64,000 nt of DNA from Vampirovibrio sp. (GTDB lineage Bacteria > Cyanobacteriota > Vampirovibrionia > Vampirovibrionales > Vampirovibrionaceae): the NCBI RefSeq assembly GCF_041737375.1, contig NZ_JBGSRV010000012.1, forward strand, positions 94,790 to 158,789, in the 5' to 3' direction. Positions 26,842 to 37,219 of this stretch are shown here, piece after piece. A model generated the notes under the pieces. It was not told the origin of the DNA. It searched no databases and saw only the letters and a program-made list of their open reading frames with translations. Position numbers and translations under genes: made by a program. The stretch's first letter is position 1, and every line of letters starts with the position of its first letter.

Positions 26842-28113
26842 CTATTTAATGTGCTTGGCCAATAGCTGTATCAGGCGCTGACAATCTTTCTCTTTCAGTG
26901 TGTGGGCTACGCCTTCCATTTTTTCAAAGGCGATTTTAGCATGCCCATTCTTCTGGAGCGTTTGGGTCATGGCTTCCGCGTCTTTGTAATTCAGCTCCTG
27001 ATCGGCGGTACCACTAAGCACCAGTGTTTTTAACCCGGTGGCTTTTTCCAGATTGCTGGCGGTATCCAGATCCGCCTTCATGCGCTTGGTATCAAAACAG
27101 TAATCCAAGCCGTTTAAGACCCATTTTTCATTTAAAAGCCCCAGTTTATTTTTGGCAATTTGTTTTTTCTGGTGCTTCACCCCGTCACTCAGTTTGGGAA
27201 AGCTGTTGATCAGTACCACCGCTTTGGGCTTTTTTCCTTCAAATTCGTTATTTTTATTGTCGTGAATGGCGGCGGCCAGATGAGAGGTAATATGGGTGCC
27301 TAAGGAATAGCCCATTAAAATTTGTCTTTCCAAAGGCACTTCTTTGATTCTTTCGCTTAAATACTTGCTGACTTCCCGGCAGGATTGATAACAGTTTTCC
27401 AGTGAAACTTTGCCCGTGCTGTTGCCAAAGCCGGGGTAATCGTAGGCCAAAATGCCGTAACCCTCATCGCTGAAGGCTTTTAAATAATGTTTAAGGTGGC
27501 TGATGTTACTGTGGCGGCCATGGCTGAATAAAATGGTAGGCTTGTCGCTGTCTTTGGGGGCTGGAATATGCCAGGCGGCAATATTGACGCGTTTGTTGCT
27601 CCCGTTTTTCATGGGGATTTTATATTCAATAATTTTATCGGCCAGCGCGTCGTTTTCCAGCAGTTCCAGAGAGCAACTTTTAATGGGGGCGTAAAAAGTT
27701 TGGCGCTCAATAAAGTTATACACAAACTTTGGCATGGGTATTATAAAGGTGCTCATCAGGGCCATTCGGCAACCAATGCTAACCAGGGTGTTAAGGGCCT
27801 CTTCCACCAGTCGGTAGGACTTCCAGGCGGCTTCCTTAAAATGAAACCAGGCTTTTTCTGCGAAAGGGCGGGTTTTTTTGAGGGTAGATGTTTCTTTTCC
27901 CGATGGCAGGGTGCCTTCCTGCTGTCCAAAGTGGATAGGGCTTGAATGTAAAGGGGCAATTGAATGGTGTTGGTTCGCTGTAAAGCAATCTTGGCGGGCT
28001 TGGGGTGTAAGCGCCTTCATCGTAAGGGTTGCCATGTGCTGCGGCACGGCAGAAGAGGCGGGAAAAGGTTTATGGGCGTTGTTGCTGAACGAATGAACCA
28101 TCAGGAAACCCAC
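26842..28113 (-). CDS. Alpha/beta-hydrolase fold protein with a ~150-aa N-terminal extension
   Basis: 423 aa with nucleophile elbow 'GYSLGTH' and 'LFSHGRHSN'. The N-terminal third has no recognisable domain. Confidence 0.65.
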   Translation of the reverse strand: MGFLMVHSFSNNAHKPFPASSAVPQHMATLTMKALTPQARQDCFTANQHHSIAPLHSSPIHFGQQEGTLPSGKETSTLKKTRPFAEKAWFHFKEAAWKSYRLVEEALNTLVSIGCRMALMSTFIIPMPKFVYNFIERQTFYAPIKSCSLELLENDALADKIIEYKIPMKNGSNKRVNIAAWHIPAPKDSDKPTILFSHGRHSNISHLKHYLKAFSDEGYGILAYDYPGFGNSTGKVSLENCYQSCREVSKYLSERIKEVPLERQILMGYSLGTHITSHLAAAIHDNKNNEFEGKKPKAVVLINSFPKLSDGVKHQKKQIAKNKLGLLNEKWVLNGLDYCFDTKRMKADLDTASNLEKATGLKTLVLSGTADQELNYKDAEAMTQTLQKNGHAKIAFEKMEGVAHTLKEKDCQRLIQLLAKHIK

Positions 28114-28204
28114 GGCAGTTTATGGGTGGTGAATCTATACAAAGAAACAAGGAACCCGCCAATTTGGTGCCAGCATGAAGGGCCTGTTGGTTACAAAACT
28201 TTAT

Positions 28205-28238
28205 TTTAAAAAAGAGGTCAGGAAAGCCTGACCTCTTG
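28205..28238 (-). terminator. Rho-independent terminator for the minus-strand gene 28279-28680
   Basis: 11-bp stem AAGAGGTCAGG / CCTGACCTCTT with a 4-nt loop. A T-run follows on the minus strand. Confidence 0.75.
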
Positions 28239-28278
28239 AGAATGTTTAGAACTTTGAATGTTTAATAACGATGAGCGT

Positions 28279-28680
28279 TTATTGAAACCGAACGGGCAGT
28301 TCGTTTTCGCCCACCATGTTCAAATAGTTGCGAGCCAGTTCCTCAATGCCGGAAGCGGAGGAATAGATGCGGATTTTATCATTCAGGCTGCGGTTTTCCA
28401 GTTGAGTATGATTGAAAAACTGCTGAACTGAAGTTTTGCTACTGGCCAAGTGAGACAAATTAAAACCATCGCTGATTAAAGCACGGGTGCATTGAATCAG
28501 ACCAAATACCAAAGCAGCGTTTACCGCCAGGTATAAAAAATATTCCGCCCGAGTTGTTCTTTTTTTGTATTGCGATTTTTTGACAGGTTGCCGTTTTAAC
28601 TGCCGCTCTGTAACCGGCTGCAACTCGGGATAGGCAACTTCTGTATACGCAATTTTACGCTTGGTATAAGCCATACTCAC
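28279..28680 (-). CDS. Small bitopic membrane protein, possibly an FtsL/DivIC-like septation protein
   Basis: 133 aa with a basic N-terminus, a single TM segment 'YFLYLAVNAALVFGLIQ' and a short coiled-coil-like ectodomain. The assignment is by architecture only. Confidence 0.35.
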   Translation of the reverse strand: MSMAYTKRKIAYTEVAYPELQPVTERQLKRQPVKKSQYKKRTTRAEYFLYLAVNAALVFGLIQCTRALISDGFNLSHLASSKTSVQQFFNHTQLENRSLNDKIRIYSSASGIEELARNYLNMVGENELPVRFQ

Positions 28681-29060
28681 CCTGGTAACTCTTTAACTGC
28701 CTCTAAACATTCAAATAAAGCCCGACAAACCATCATTCAAATAGTTAAATGATTTTCAACTAGGCTGCTGTGATCCACGCCTGATAATTATAGCAGAGAA
28801 AGGGGTTCTGCATACTGGAATTTTTCCAGCGTGCCTTTAAATACCCTTTGCTTGAATGAGCAAGCAAGCGGCTCAACGCTTTCAGGATTGTAAATTCGTA
28901 TAAAGCGCTACCGCAAAAGAAAATAGTTTGAACAGAGGAGGGTGTGAAAGATCGATCATTGATTGGGATGAGAACAACCTGTTTGGATGCGCCCTGTTGT
29001 GTGCGTTAAGGTATGCTATATTGATGGAGTACCCTTATAGAATCCGGTACGCTGGGCGTT

Positions 29061-30548
29061 ATGAGTTATAAAAAACTGCCTGTTTCCATCAACGTTTTTC
29101 CATCGCTGGATTACGTGGAACTGGTCCAATTTGACGAAAAATCTGGCGAGATTGAAAAGGCATCCGCTTTGCCTTGCCAGTTTGATACGGCCTCTCGGCA
29201 AATGAGTGACCGGGATCTCATGCTGCAAACCATTCGTGATTTGTACAACATGAATCGAATTCCATTTAGTACGCCTTCGGTTTTGGTACTGCCCAGCTTT
29301 TTTACCCGCGAAATTGACTTGCCCACCGAATTTAGCAAAGAAGAGCTTCGTTTTGCCCTGGTTTCCGAGGCTGAGCGATTTTACTTTTTCAAAAAAGCAG
29401 AGCCTCAGATTGGCTGGATTAACCTGAGTGAGGATCGTCTGCTGTACTCGGCTTTTCCCAAGACCGAGATTGAAAAATACATGAAAGTGTTCCAGGAGCT
29501 ACAGATACCGCTACTGGGCATTGAATTAAGTTACCTCAGCATTTTGCGTGGATTAATCGCCACTGGCGCTGTGTCTCATGAAATTGACAACGCGGAACCC
29601 TGGGCGTTACTGGTCATTAGCGATTATTCCTTTTTTGTTTCCATTCAACGGGGCCTCAAAATTATCAAAACGGCCGATGCCCCTTTATCGGTTACCGAGG
29701 AGGAGGATGAACAGGCCACTTTGCTGGATATTGTTCAGGATTTTGAGGCCTTTACCGATCGGGAAACGTTTGCCAAGTTAATTGTGGTCAACAACGCCAA
29801 TCGAATTAACAGCGATGATTTATTGCGCCAATTGGGATTTCCCGGCAGCCTGACCCAGATTGATCAAAACGCTTTAACCCTTAAGTCCCGTGGGGCGTCT
29901 GAGGCGCCTTTTCCTTGCTCTCTGGAAGGTCTGGGCGGGGTGTTTTACAAGCAATATGCCGATGTGCCGGGTATTAATTTTCAGCTGGAAACGGCTGATG
30001 ATTTGGTTAGTTTACTGAATTACCGGCAGCAGGCTTTTAAGTGGTTGCTGGTTTCTAATGGTGTGGTTTTTGTATTGAGTCTGCTGATTTGGGGAGCCAT
30101 GTCCCTGATGTTGTGGCAGAAGGATCAGGAACGAGAAGCCATTAACCATGAACTGACTGCCCTGGGTGAAGGGGTGGATACTTTAAAAATGGATGGGGTT
30201 AATCGCAAGAAATTTATTAAAAAAGCAGTGGATTTAAACGTGCAGGCCAACAATTTTTTGGTGAAGCTGGGGGCTTCCATAGAACCGAATGTATGGCTGG
30301 AAGAAATACAGATTGATTTAACCGATATGGAAAAGCCTCCGGTTATTGCGCTGGACGGTAAGGCCATGTCGTTGTCCAGCATTAACGGGCTTTTAACCCC
30401 GTTGAACGCCATTGTGGAAGGGGCCAACCTTCAAGTGTCTAGCGCCGCTCCAGCCACCTCGGATGATGGACAGGCTTACTTCACCTGGTCTATACAAAAT
30501 CAGGAAGCCGTTCCCGCAGCTGGTACTCCACCAGCGTCTGGCGGTTAA
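29061..30548 (+). CDS. pilM: Type IV pilus assembly protein, PilM-like actin-fold domain fused to a PilN-like TM/coiled-coil domain
   Basis: 495 aa. The N-terminal ~300 aa resemble PilM ('ELRFALVSEAERFYFF', 'IELSYLSILRGL'). A TM segment 'WLLVSNGVVFVLSLLIWGAM' and a periplasmic segment follow. A PilO-like gene follows with a TAATG overlap. Confidence 0.65.
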   Translation: MSYKKLPVSINVFPSLDYVELVQFDEKSGEIEKASALPCQFDTASRQMSDRDLMLQTIRDLYNMNRIPFSTPSVLVLPSFFTREIDLPTEFSKEELRFALVSEAERFYFFKKAEPQIGWINLSEDRLLYSAFPKTEIEKYMKVFQELQIPLLGIELSYLSILRGLIATGAVSHEIDNAEPWALLVISDYSFFVSIQRGLKIIKTADAPLSVTEEEDEQATLLDIVQDFEAFTDRETFAKLIVVNNANRINSDDLLRQLGFPGSLTQIDQNALTLKSRGASEAPFPCSLEGLGGVFYKQYADVPGINFQLETADDLVSLLNYRQQAFKWLLVSNGVVFVLSLLIWGAMSLMLWQKDQEREAINHELTALGEGVDTLKMDGVNRKKFIKKAVDLNVQANNFLVKLGASIEPNVWLEEIQIDLTDMEKPPVIALDGKAMSLSSINGLLTPLNAIVEGANLQVSSAAPATSDDGQAYFTWSIQNQEAVPAAGTPPASGG

Positions 30549-31417
30549 TGATGGAAATGCCTGAAAACGCCGCTGTTTGGAAAAGTCATTTAATAACGGG
30601 CTTTCGGGCTGCGCTGGATTTTAAGGTGATGGGCCTGTTGTTTCTCAATGTGTTTATTCTTTATATGGGAACTTGGGACACCGTGATTCGCCCTGGTTTA
30701 GAACAAATGCAGGGTAGAGATGTGGCCCTGGAGGGCCAGAAAAAAATCTTGCTGGAAAAGCAAGGTTTGCAAAATCAGTATAAAAATTTGGAGCAACAGC
30801 TAAAAACGTTGAGTACAGAGCTGATTTCGGTTCCCGAGGGGAATTCCGCCACGGTGATTTCGGTAACGGAAGCGGCGGAATTGCTGGAGGTGGCCAAAGG
30901 CCGCCTTCGGGATGTGGCTATTCTGCCACCCTTGTTGCCGCCTCATGACCAGCGCTCGAATGTGACCTTGACCTTTGTTACCGGCGGCACCGTCGATCTG
31001 TTGACTTCGGGGCAGCCCATTGATGCCACTAAAGCAGCCTCAACGCCCGCATTGGCTGCTGAGGCTTCTCTTCCTGCGGCGGCCAGCGCTCCGGGCGGAA
31101 TGCCTGCTCCCGCTGAACCTGTCGTTTCTGGTGGGCCACCCACCGCGGCTGCGGCCCCCGTACAGATTGGTTCGGCCACCTTACCGGTGGAAAAGTATGA
31201 TTACGATTTAAAAGTGACAGGCACTTATCCGGCTTTAATGGATGTGCTGAATGAATTGATCATTCGCAAAAAACTCATTCGTATCAACAAGGTTGCCATT
31301 ACCCGCCCGGCAACCCCGGAGCCCCAGCCGGATGCCAAAGACTTTCCCGATTTTCCGGTCAAGCTGGAAATGGTGATTTCATTGTCCATATTTCTCTATG
31401 CGCCCGTTGCCTCATAG
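30548..31417 (+). CDS. PilO-like type IV pilus assembly protein with an internal Ala/Pro-rich insert
   Basis: 289 aa with an N-terminal TM segment, the coiled coil 'QKKILLEKQGLQNQYKNLEQQLKTL', and a C-terminal core 'YDLKVTGTYPALMDVLNELI'. Confidence 0.55.
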   Translation: MMEMPENAAVWKSHLITGFRAALDFKVMGLLFLNVFILYMGTWDTVIRPGLEQMQGRDVALEGQKKILLEKQGLQNQYKNLEQQLKTLSTELISVPEGNSATVISVTEAAELLEVAKGRLRDVAILPPLLPPHDQRSNVTLTFVTGGTVDLLTSGQPIDATKAASTPALAAEASLPAAASAPGGMPAPAEPVVSGGPPTAAAAPVQIGSATLPVEKYDYDLKVTGTYPALMDVLNELIIRKKLIRINKVAITRPATPEPQPDAKDFPDFPVKLEMVISLSIFLYAPVAS

Positions 31418-32435
31418 CGACCGCAGGCTGAAGGTCCTGTTGTGCGGGTATGGGCATTTGGGACTGGCTATTTTGCAAGGGTTGCTGGCTTGCTCAGAAC
31501 TTTGCGAGGTGGTGGCGGTTTACCGGTGGACTGCCAGACCTGGCGGACAAGCGTTTTGGGAGCCCATAGAGGATGATTTTAAAGCCCTGGTGGCTCAGGC
31601 GGGCTTGCTGGATTTGGACTGTCCGGGCATGAACAGCTTTGAATTTATACGCATTTTGCAGGATCTGAAGCCCGATGTGGTGCTGGTGGGGTCTTGGGGA
31701 GAAATTCTGAAGGCGCATATTTTGAACCTTCCTGATGTGATTCTGGTCAATTGTCACCCCTCGTTATTACCGGCGCATCGGGGGGCTAACCCATACGCTT
31801 CCGTCCTTTTACAGCAGGAATCGCAAACCGGGGTTACCTTCCACCGTATGGCCCCTCAAATCGATGCCGGTGCCATTCTGTTGCAGCGTGTGGTTCCTCT
31901 CAGCGATGAAGACCATGGCGATTCGGTACGGGCCAAGTGCGTACTTGCGGCGGGTGAGATGGTGGCGGAACTGTTGCTGGGCTTACGTAACCATGTGCTA
32001 TTGGGTCATCCCTTAATAGAAAGAGAGCAGGATCACAGTCAAAAAAGCTATTACGGCCAATTAAAGCAAGAGGCGGGTTTGCTGGACTGGCATAAAAGCC
32101 CGGCGGCGCTTTCTCGTCAAATTCGTGCCATTTACCCATGGGTCATTGGTTATTCTTTTCTGGAGGGCAAGCGGGCGGTGCTTTTTTATGGCAATCGCTT
32201 TATGCCTTGTGATCCCGCCCTGACTCAAGGCAAGCTGCCCGGCACCATTTTGAGTTTTAACGCCACTAGCGGGTTTCAAATTGTTTTAAGCGATCCCGGT
32301 TGGGTGATGCTGGTGGATGTTTACCAGATTGCGGCCACCGCCCAATTGTTTTTGCCCGCCTGGGCCTGCAAGTGGTTGGCGCCTTTTTTATTGCGTCCGG
32401 GCAAGCGGTTTTTTACCCCTGCCGATCCCGGCTGA
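31398..32435 (+). CDS. Formyltransferase family protein (Fmt/ArnA-N-like)
   Basis: 345 aa with the catalytic-loop motif 'NCHPSLLPAHRGANP' and a C-terminal Fmt-like domain. Overlaps the pilO-like stop by 20 nt. Confidence 0.7.
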   Translation: MRPLPHSDRRLKVLLCGYGHLGLAILQGLLACSELCEVVAVYRWTARPGGQAFWEPIEDDFKALVAQAGLLDLDCPGMNSFEFIRILQDLKPDVVLVGSWGEILKAHILNLPDVILVNCHPSLLPAHRGANPYASVLLQQESQTGVTFHRMAPQIDAGAILLQRVVPLSDEDHGDSVRAKCVLAAGEMVAELLLGLRNHVLLGHPLIEREQDHSQKSYYGQLKQEAGLLDWHKSPAALSRQIRAIYPWVIGYSFLEGKRAVLFYGNRFMPCDPALTQGKLPGTILSFNATSGFQIVLSDPGWVMLVDVYQIAATAQLFLPAWACKWLAPFLLRPGKRFFTPADPG

Positions 32436-32594
32436 AGGGTCCTGCTTTCAACCGGATGGGCTGCGTAACAAAACGATCCACACGAGAGCGTCCTGAACGC
32501 TTTTGGGGTATAATTGGCCCACCCACGAATGGAAGGTTAGTTAGAGTACCATTCGATTGAGGCAAACCCCGTTTAGCGCCCGTTCTCAGCTTGG

Positions 32595-35180
32595 GTGATG
32601 AAGCCCTGCTGGCAGTTAACAGGAAAGGCAGATACCTTGAGTTCTCAGCAACAGATTTTCGGAGACGGCAAGATCGTTCCCATTAGCATTCGGGATGAAA
32701 TGCGCCGTTCTTATATTGATTACGCCATGAGCGTTATTGTGGGCAGGGCGCTGCCTGATGTTCGGGATGGCCTGAAGCCGGTTCACCGTCGTGTGCTTTA
32801 CGCCATGCACGAAATGGGCCTTGCCCCGGAGAAGTCCTTTAAAAAGTGCGCCAAGGTGGTGGGCGAAGTGCTGGGTAAATATCACCCTCACGGCGACACT
32901 TCTGTTTATGACGCTTTGGTGCGCTTGGCTCAGGATTTTTCCAGCCGCTATCCGTTGGTAAACGGTCACGGTAACTTTGGCAGTATTGAAGGAGATAACC
33001 CCGCTGCTATGCGGTATACGGAATGTAAGCTGACCCATATCGCCACCACCATGCTGGAAGATATTGAGCAAGACACCGTGAACTTTGTGCCCAACTACGA
33101 TGGTTCCGAAGAAGAGCCCTCTGTGTTGCCGTGCCGCTTGCCCATGCTGTTATTGAACGGCTCTAGCGGTATTGCGGTGGGGATGGCCACCAACATTCCG
33201 CCCTTCAACATGAGCGAAGTGGTGGAGGGGGTGTTGGCCCTCATTGATCAGCCGCACTTAACCCCCGATGACATGATGCAATATATTAAAGGCCCCGATT
33301 TCCCTACTGGCGCAAACATTGTGGGCTTCGCAGGTATTCGGGATGCTTTCCGCACCGGTCGTGGCAGCGTGGTGATGCGGGCAGTGGCTTCCATAGAACA
33401 AATTCCAGGCGGCGGCGGTCGTCAGGAACGCACCGCCATTATCATTACCGAAACACCGTTTCAGGTGAATATTAGCAACCTGATTGAAAAAATGGCGGAT
33501 CTGGTTCGGGATAAAAAACTGGAAGGCATCAGCGACCTGCGGAACGAATCCGATCGGGATGGCATGCGTTTGGTCATTGAGCTCAAGCGGGACGCCAAGC
33601 CCGATGTGGTGTTGCGCAACATGTACAAGCACACCCAGTTGCAAACCACCTTTGGGGTTAACATGCTGGCTCTGGTTAAAAATCAGCCCCGCCTGCTCAA
33701 CATTGTGGATGTGCTGAGCGAGTTTATCGAGCACCGGGTAGAAGTGATTGTTCGCCGTACCCAGTTTTTGCTGAACAAGGCTGAAGCGCGGGCGCATATT
33801 TTAGCCGGTTTGATGATTGCCATTGGCGATATGGATAACATCATCAAGCACATTCGCTCTGCCAATTCCACGGAAGAGGCCCGTGAAAAACTGACCACCA
33901 ATTACAGTTTGGATGAAGCGCAAGCCAACGCCATTCTGGAAATGCAGCTGCGTCGTTTAACCGGCCTGGAGCGGGAGAAGATCAACGGCGAGCATTCCGA
34001 GCTGATGGTTAAAATTGCCGAGTACAACATTATTTTGGCGAATCGGAGCCGTGTGCTGGAAATTATTAAGGTTGAACTGCTGGAAGTGAAGGAAAAATAC
34101 GGCGATGTCCGTAAAACCACCATCATTCCTGATGAAAACGACGCCTTTAGCATTGAGGAATTAACCCCCAACGATGCGATGGCCGTGTTCATTACCAAAC
34201 AGGGCTACATCAAGCGCATCGCCCTGGATACCTTCCAGCGTCAGAGCCGTGCCACCCGTGGCAAAGGGGCCATTAAAACCCGTGATGAGGATGATGTCAC
34301 CCACTTCTTTACCGCGGGCATGCACAGCAAAGTGCTGTTCTTTACCAGCAAGGGTCGGGCTTATGGCTTAAAAGTGTATGACTTGCCAGAAAGCGGTCGC
34401 ACCGCCAAAGGCTTGGCCATTATCAACCTGCTGGCGCTGGAGCAAGATGAAACGGTCACCGCCGTCCTGCCAGTCACGGACTTCTCTTCCGGCCAGTACC
34501 TGATTATGCTGACCAAGCAGGGCTGGATTAAGAAAACCGAGTTGACCAACTTTGACAGCATCCGCCGCAACGGCATTATTGCCATCGGGCTGGAAGACAA
34601 TGATTATCTGGGTTGGGTCATGTCCACCACGGATGATGATGACCTGTTGATCGGCACCAGTCTGGGTATGGCCATTCGCTTCTCGGTGAAGGATCTGCGT
34701 CCGCTGGGCCGAACCGCTCGTGGCGTGACCGCCATGAAGATGCGGGCGGGCGATGAGATTGTGGACTTCAGTACCTTGGCCAACAACGATCACACTGCCG
34801 ATGTGCTGATTATTACCAACGATGGTTTCGGTAAACGAACCAACGTGGCCGAATTCCGCTCCCAGAACCGGGGTGGTATCGGTTTAATCTCCACCAAGTT
34901 CAAAAATGCCAAAAGTCGGGTCACCAACACTTGTATCGTCAGTGAAGACGATGAGTTGATGGTGGTGAGCGCCAACGGAGTTGTGGTCAGGCTGCGGGCC
35001 GGGGAAATTTCCCGCCAAAGCCGTATGGCCACCGGGGTGCGTATGCAAAATCTGGATGAGAACGATTGCGTGGCGTCAGTCACCAAAATTGTTCCAATGG
35101 ATGATGAAGAAGCCCTGCTGGCCGGTGAACTATCCGCCCTTGAGGGTGGTGGAGACTCCTCCGCACCGCCTATCGAATAA
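32595..35180 (+). CDS. gyrA: DNA gyrase subunit A
   Basis: Motifs '[14 protein letters not shown]' and the active-site Tyr region '[10 protein letters not shown]', plus C-terminal beta-pinwheel repeats. The true start may be the TTG at 32637, which lies downstream of an AGGAAAGG box. Confidence 0.93.
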   Translation: MMKPCWQLTGKADTLSSQQQIFGDGKIVPISIRDEMRRSYIDYAMSVIVGRALPDVRDGLKPVHRRVLYAMHEMGLAPEKSFKKCAKVVGEVLGKYHPHGDTSVYDALVRLAQDFSSRYPLVNGHGNFGSIEGDNPAAMRYTECKLTHIATTMLEDIEQDTVNFVPNYDGSEEEPSVLPCRLPMLLLNGSSGIAVGMATNIPPFNMSEVVEGVLALIDQPHLTPDDMMQYIKGPDFPTGANIVGFAGIRDAFRTGRGSVVMRAVASIEQIPGGGGRQERTAIIITETPFQVNISNLIEKMADLVRDKKLEGISDLRNESDRDGMRLVIELKRDAKPDVVLRNMYKHTQLQTTFGVNMLALVKNQPRLLNIVDVLSEFIEHRVEVIVRRTQFLLNKAEARAHILAGLMIAIGDMDNIIKHIRSANSTEEAREKLTTNYSLDEAQANAILEMQLRRLTGLEREKINGEHSELMVKIAEYNIILANRSRVLEIIKVELLEVKEKYGDVRKTTIIPDENDAFSIEELTPNDAMAVFITKQGYIKRIALDTFQRQSRATRGKGAIKTRDEDDVTHFFTAGMHSKVLFFTSKGRAYGLKVYDLPESGRTAKGLAIINLLALEQDETVTAVLPVTDFSSGQYLIMLTKQGWIKKTELTNFDSIRRNGIIAIGLEDNDYLGWVMSTTDDDDLLIGTSLGMAIRFSVKDLRPLGRTARGVTAMKMRAGDEIVDFSTLANNDHTADVLIITNDGFGKRTNVAEFRSQNRGGIGLISTKFKNAKSRVTNTCIVSEDDELMVVSANGVVVRLRAGEISRQSRMATGVRMQNLDENDCVASVTKIVPMDDEEALLAGELSALEGGGDSSAPPIE

Positions 35181-35207
35181 GAAACGGCTCTTTTCTCAAC
35201 ATTCAAG

Positions 35208-35235
35208 AAGCCTCCGGTTCGCCGGGGGCTTTTTG
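35208..35235 (+). terminator. Rho-independent terminator after gyrA
   Basis: Stem GCCTCCGG / CCGGGGGC with a TTCG tetraloop, then T5. Confidence 0.8.
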
Positions 35236-35333
35236 CGATTTGGGACCGCTATTGTTGAAGGGATTTCTGATCTTCTCCAATTTGGATTATGATATGGATG
35301 CTTTCCATAACTGACTTGATGCGGGATGTGTTC

Positions 35334-36725
35334 ATGACCAGCGCCATTCACTCCAAACCGGAATTACTGTTACCAGCGGGTAGCCCCGAAAAGCTGAAAT
35401 ACGCGGTGGCCTACGGGGCCGATGCCGTTTATCTGGGCTTGCCAATGGCCAGCTTGCGTACGCCGGGCCGGGGGGAGCAGTTTACGCCACAAAACCTGGG
35501 CGGCTATGTGCGTTACGCTCAGGAGCGGGGGGTAAAGGCTTATGTCACCATTAATATTTTTCCGTCCAATCACGATTTAAAACGCATTATTCCCCATTTG
35601 GAGTTGCTGGAAAGCATTCGCCCGGATGCCATTATTTTTACCGATCCCGGTGTGTTTCGGCTGGCTAGCAAATACGCCCCCTCGGTGCCGCTGCATTTAA
35701 GCACTCAGGCCAATACCTTAAACGTAGAAGCCTGCGCTTTTTGGCAGGATTTGGGTGTGGAGCGGGTTATTTTGGCCCGTGAAGTCCCTTACCGCGAAAT
35801 TGTGGAAATCCACGACAAGCTGCCCGATTTACAGCTGGAATGCTTTATTCATGGCTCTTTATGCGTGGCTTATTCCGGTCGTTGCGTGATTAGTGATTAT
35901 TTGACGGACAACACTAAAAATTCCAACAAAGGCATGTGCGGCAACAGTTGCCGTTGGGAATTTGAAGCCCCCAAGCCCCATGAGGGATTGGGAGAGGCGG
36001 CGCCCGCCGCTTCCTGTGGCTGTGAGCCTCCCGCTGATGCGGAAACCGGCATGAAATCCTTGCAAATGGTGGAAGCCATGCGCCCCGACAATATTTATAC
36101 CTTTGAGGAAGATGACAAAGGCTCTTACATGCTGAACTCCAAGGACTTGTGTCTGGTTCGGCACTTGCGAGAGCTTCAGGATGCCGGAATTGTCTCCTTT
36201 AAAGTAGAAGGCCGCACCAAAAGTGTTTACTATGTGGCCACCGCCGGACGCATTTACCGGGAAGCCATTGATTATTTCCAGCAACATTTAACCGCGCCCG
36301 AAGAGTTGACCAACCGCTGGGTGGCGGAATTATCGCAGGCCGGAAATCGTGGGTTTACGGAAGGCTTTTTTGAGGGGCGTCCTAGTAAAAGCGCTTACAA
36401 TTATCAGGATTCCAGAAGTCATCAAACCGCCATGTTTTTAGGCACCGTGTTGCCGGATGAAAACGGGATTTCCCTGACTGATAGCGGCTTGCGGATTAAA
36501 GCCCGTAACCCGTTTGGGGTGGGAGATCAACTGGACTGGATCACCCCCAACGGAAGTGTTTCCTTTCCTTTAAAAGAGTTATATGATCAACAGGGTTTCC
36601 CGGTTCGGGAAGCGCAGACCAATCATGTGGTCACCATTCCGGTACCCGAAGCGTTGCGAGGGGATGAAGCCGGGTTGGCCTGGTCTGTCATCAGAGGCAA
36701 GGAGTTTGCAGGCGTTGTTTCTTAA
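35334..36725 (+). CDS. Peptidase U32 family protein
   Basis: Motifs 'ELLLPAGS', 'GADAVYLG' and 'ECFIHGSLCVAYSGRCVIS'. The ORF is open from 35289; 'MTSAIHSKPELL' at 35334 is the more typical start. Confidence 0.8.
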   Translation: MTSAIHSKPELLLPAGSPEKLKYAVAYGADAVYLGLPMASLRTPGRGEQFTPQNLGGYVRYAQERGVKAYVTINIFPSNHDLKRIIPHLELLESIRPDAIIFTDPGVFRLASKYAPSVPLHLSTQANTLNVEACAFWQDLGVERVILAREVPYREIVEIHDKLPDLQLECFIHGSLCVAYSGRCVISDYLTDNTKNSNKGMCGNSCRWEFEAPKPHEGLGEAAPAASCGCEPPADAETGMKSLQMVEAMRPDNIYTFEEDDKGSYMLNSKDLCLVRHLRELQDAGIVSFKVEGRTKSVYYVATAGRIYREAIDYFQQHLTAPEELTNRWVAELSQAGNRGFTEGFFEGRPSKSAYNYQDSRSHQTAMFLGTVLPDENGISLTDSGLRIKARNPFGVGDQLDWITPNGSVSFPLKELYDQQGFPVREAQTNHVVTIPVPEALRGDEAGLAWSVIRGKEFAGVVS

Positions 36726-37200
36726 ACCTTCTTTAATTGTTCAGGATATTACCACCATTGATCGGGCCGCCCTGAAGGCTCAGGGCATCCGGGGCTTTAT
36801 TTTTGATTTGGACAATACCATTATGGCCCCCCATACCGGGGCTTTAGAAGAGCGCATTGAAACCTGGCTGGTGCTGTTGCAGGCCGAAGGGTTCAAGTGT
36901 TTGGTGTTATCCAACAACAAAAAAGCGGAATACTGCCAACTGGCCGAAAAAGTGCTGAATATTCCGGTGCTGAGCCATGCGGCCAAACCCCGTCGGGCCA
37001 TGTTTCGCAAGGCCTTGGAAATGATTGGCCTGAGCGCGCGTGAAGTGGCCATGGTGGGCGATCGTCCGCTCACTGATATTTGGGTGGGTCAGCGCATGGG
37101 TGCTTATACCATTTTGGTGGATCCCCTCATTAAGTTGCAGGAGCGTCGCTTGTTTAAAGTGCTACGCGGATTGGAGCGTCTGTTTGTACAAGGCGGATAA
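36715..37200 (+). CDS. YqeG-type HAD-IIIA phosphatase
   Basis: HAD motifs 'FIFDLDNTIM' and 'MVGDRPLTDI'. TTG at 36715 lies 10 nt after an AAGGAG box. Upstream in-frame codons overlap the U32 gene. Confidence 0.7.
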   Translation: MFLKPSLIVQDITTIDRAALKAQGIRGFIFDLDNTIMAPHTGALEERIETWLVLLQAEGFKCLVLSNNKKAEYCQLAEKVLNIPVLSHAAKPRRAMFRKALEMIGLSAREVAMVGDRPLTDIWVGQRMGAYTILVDPLIKLQERRLFKVLRGLERLFVQGG

Positions 37201-37219
37201 TACCCAGCCTTTAACGGTG

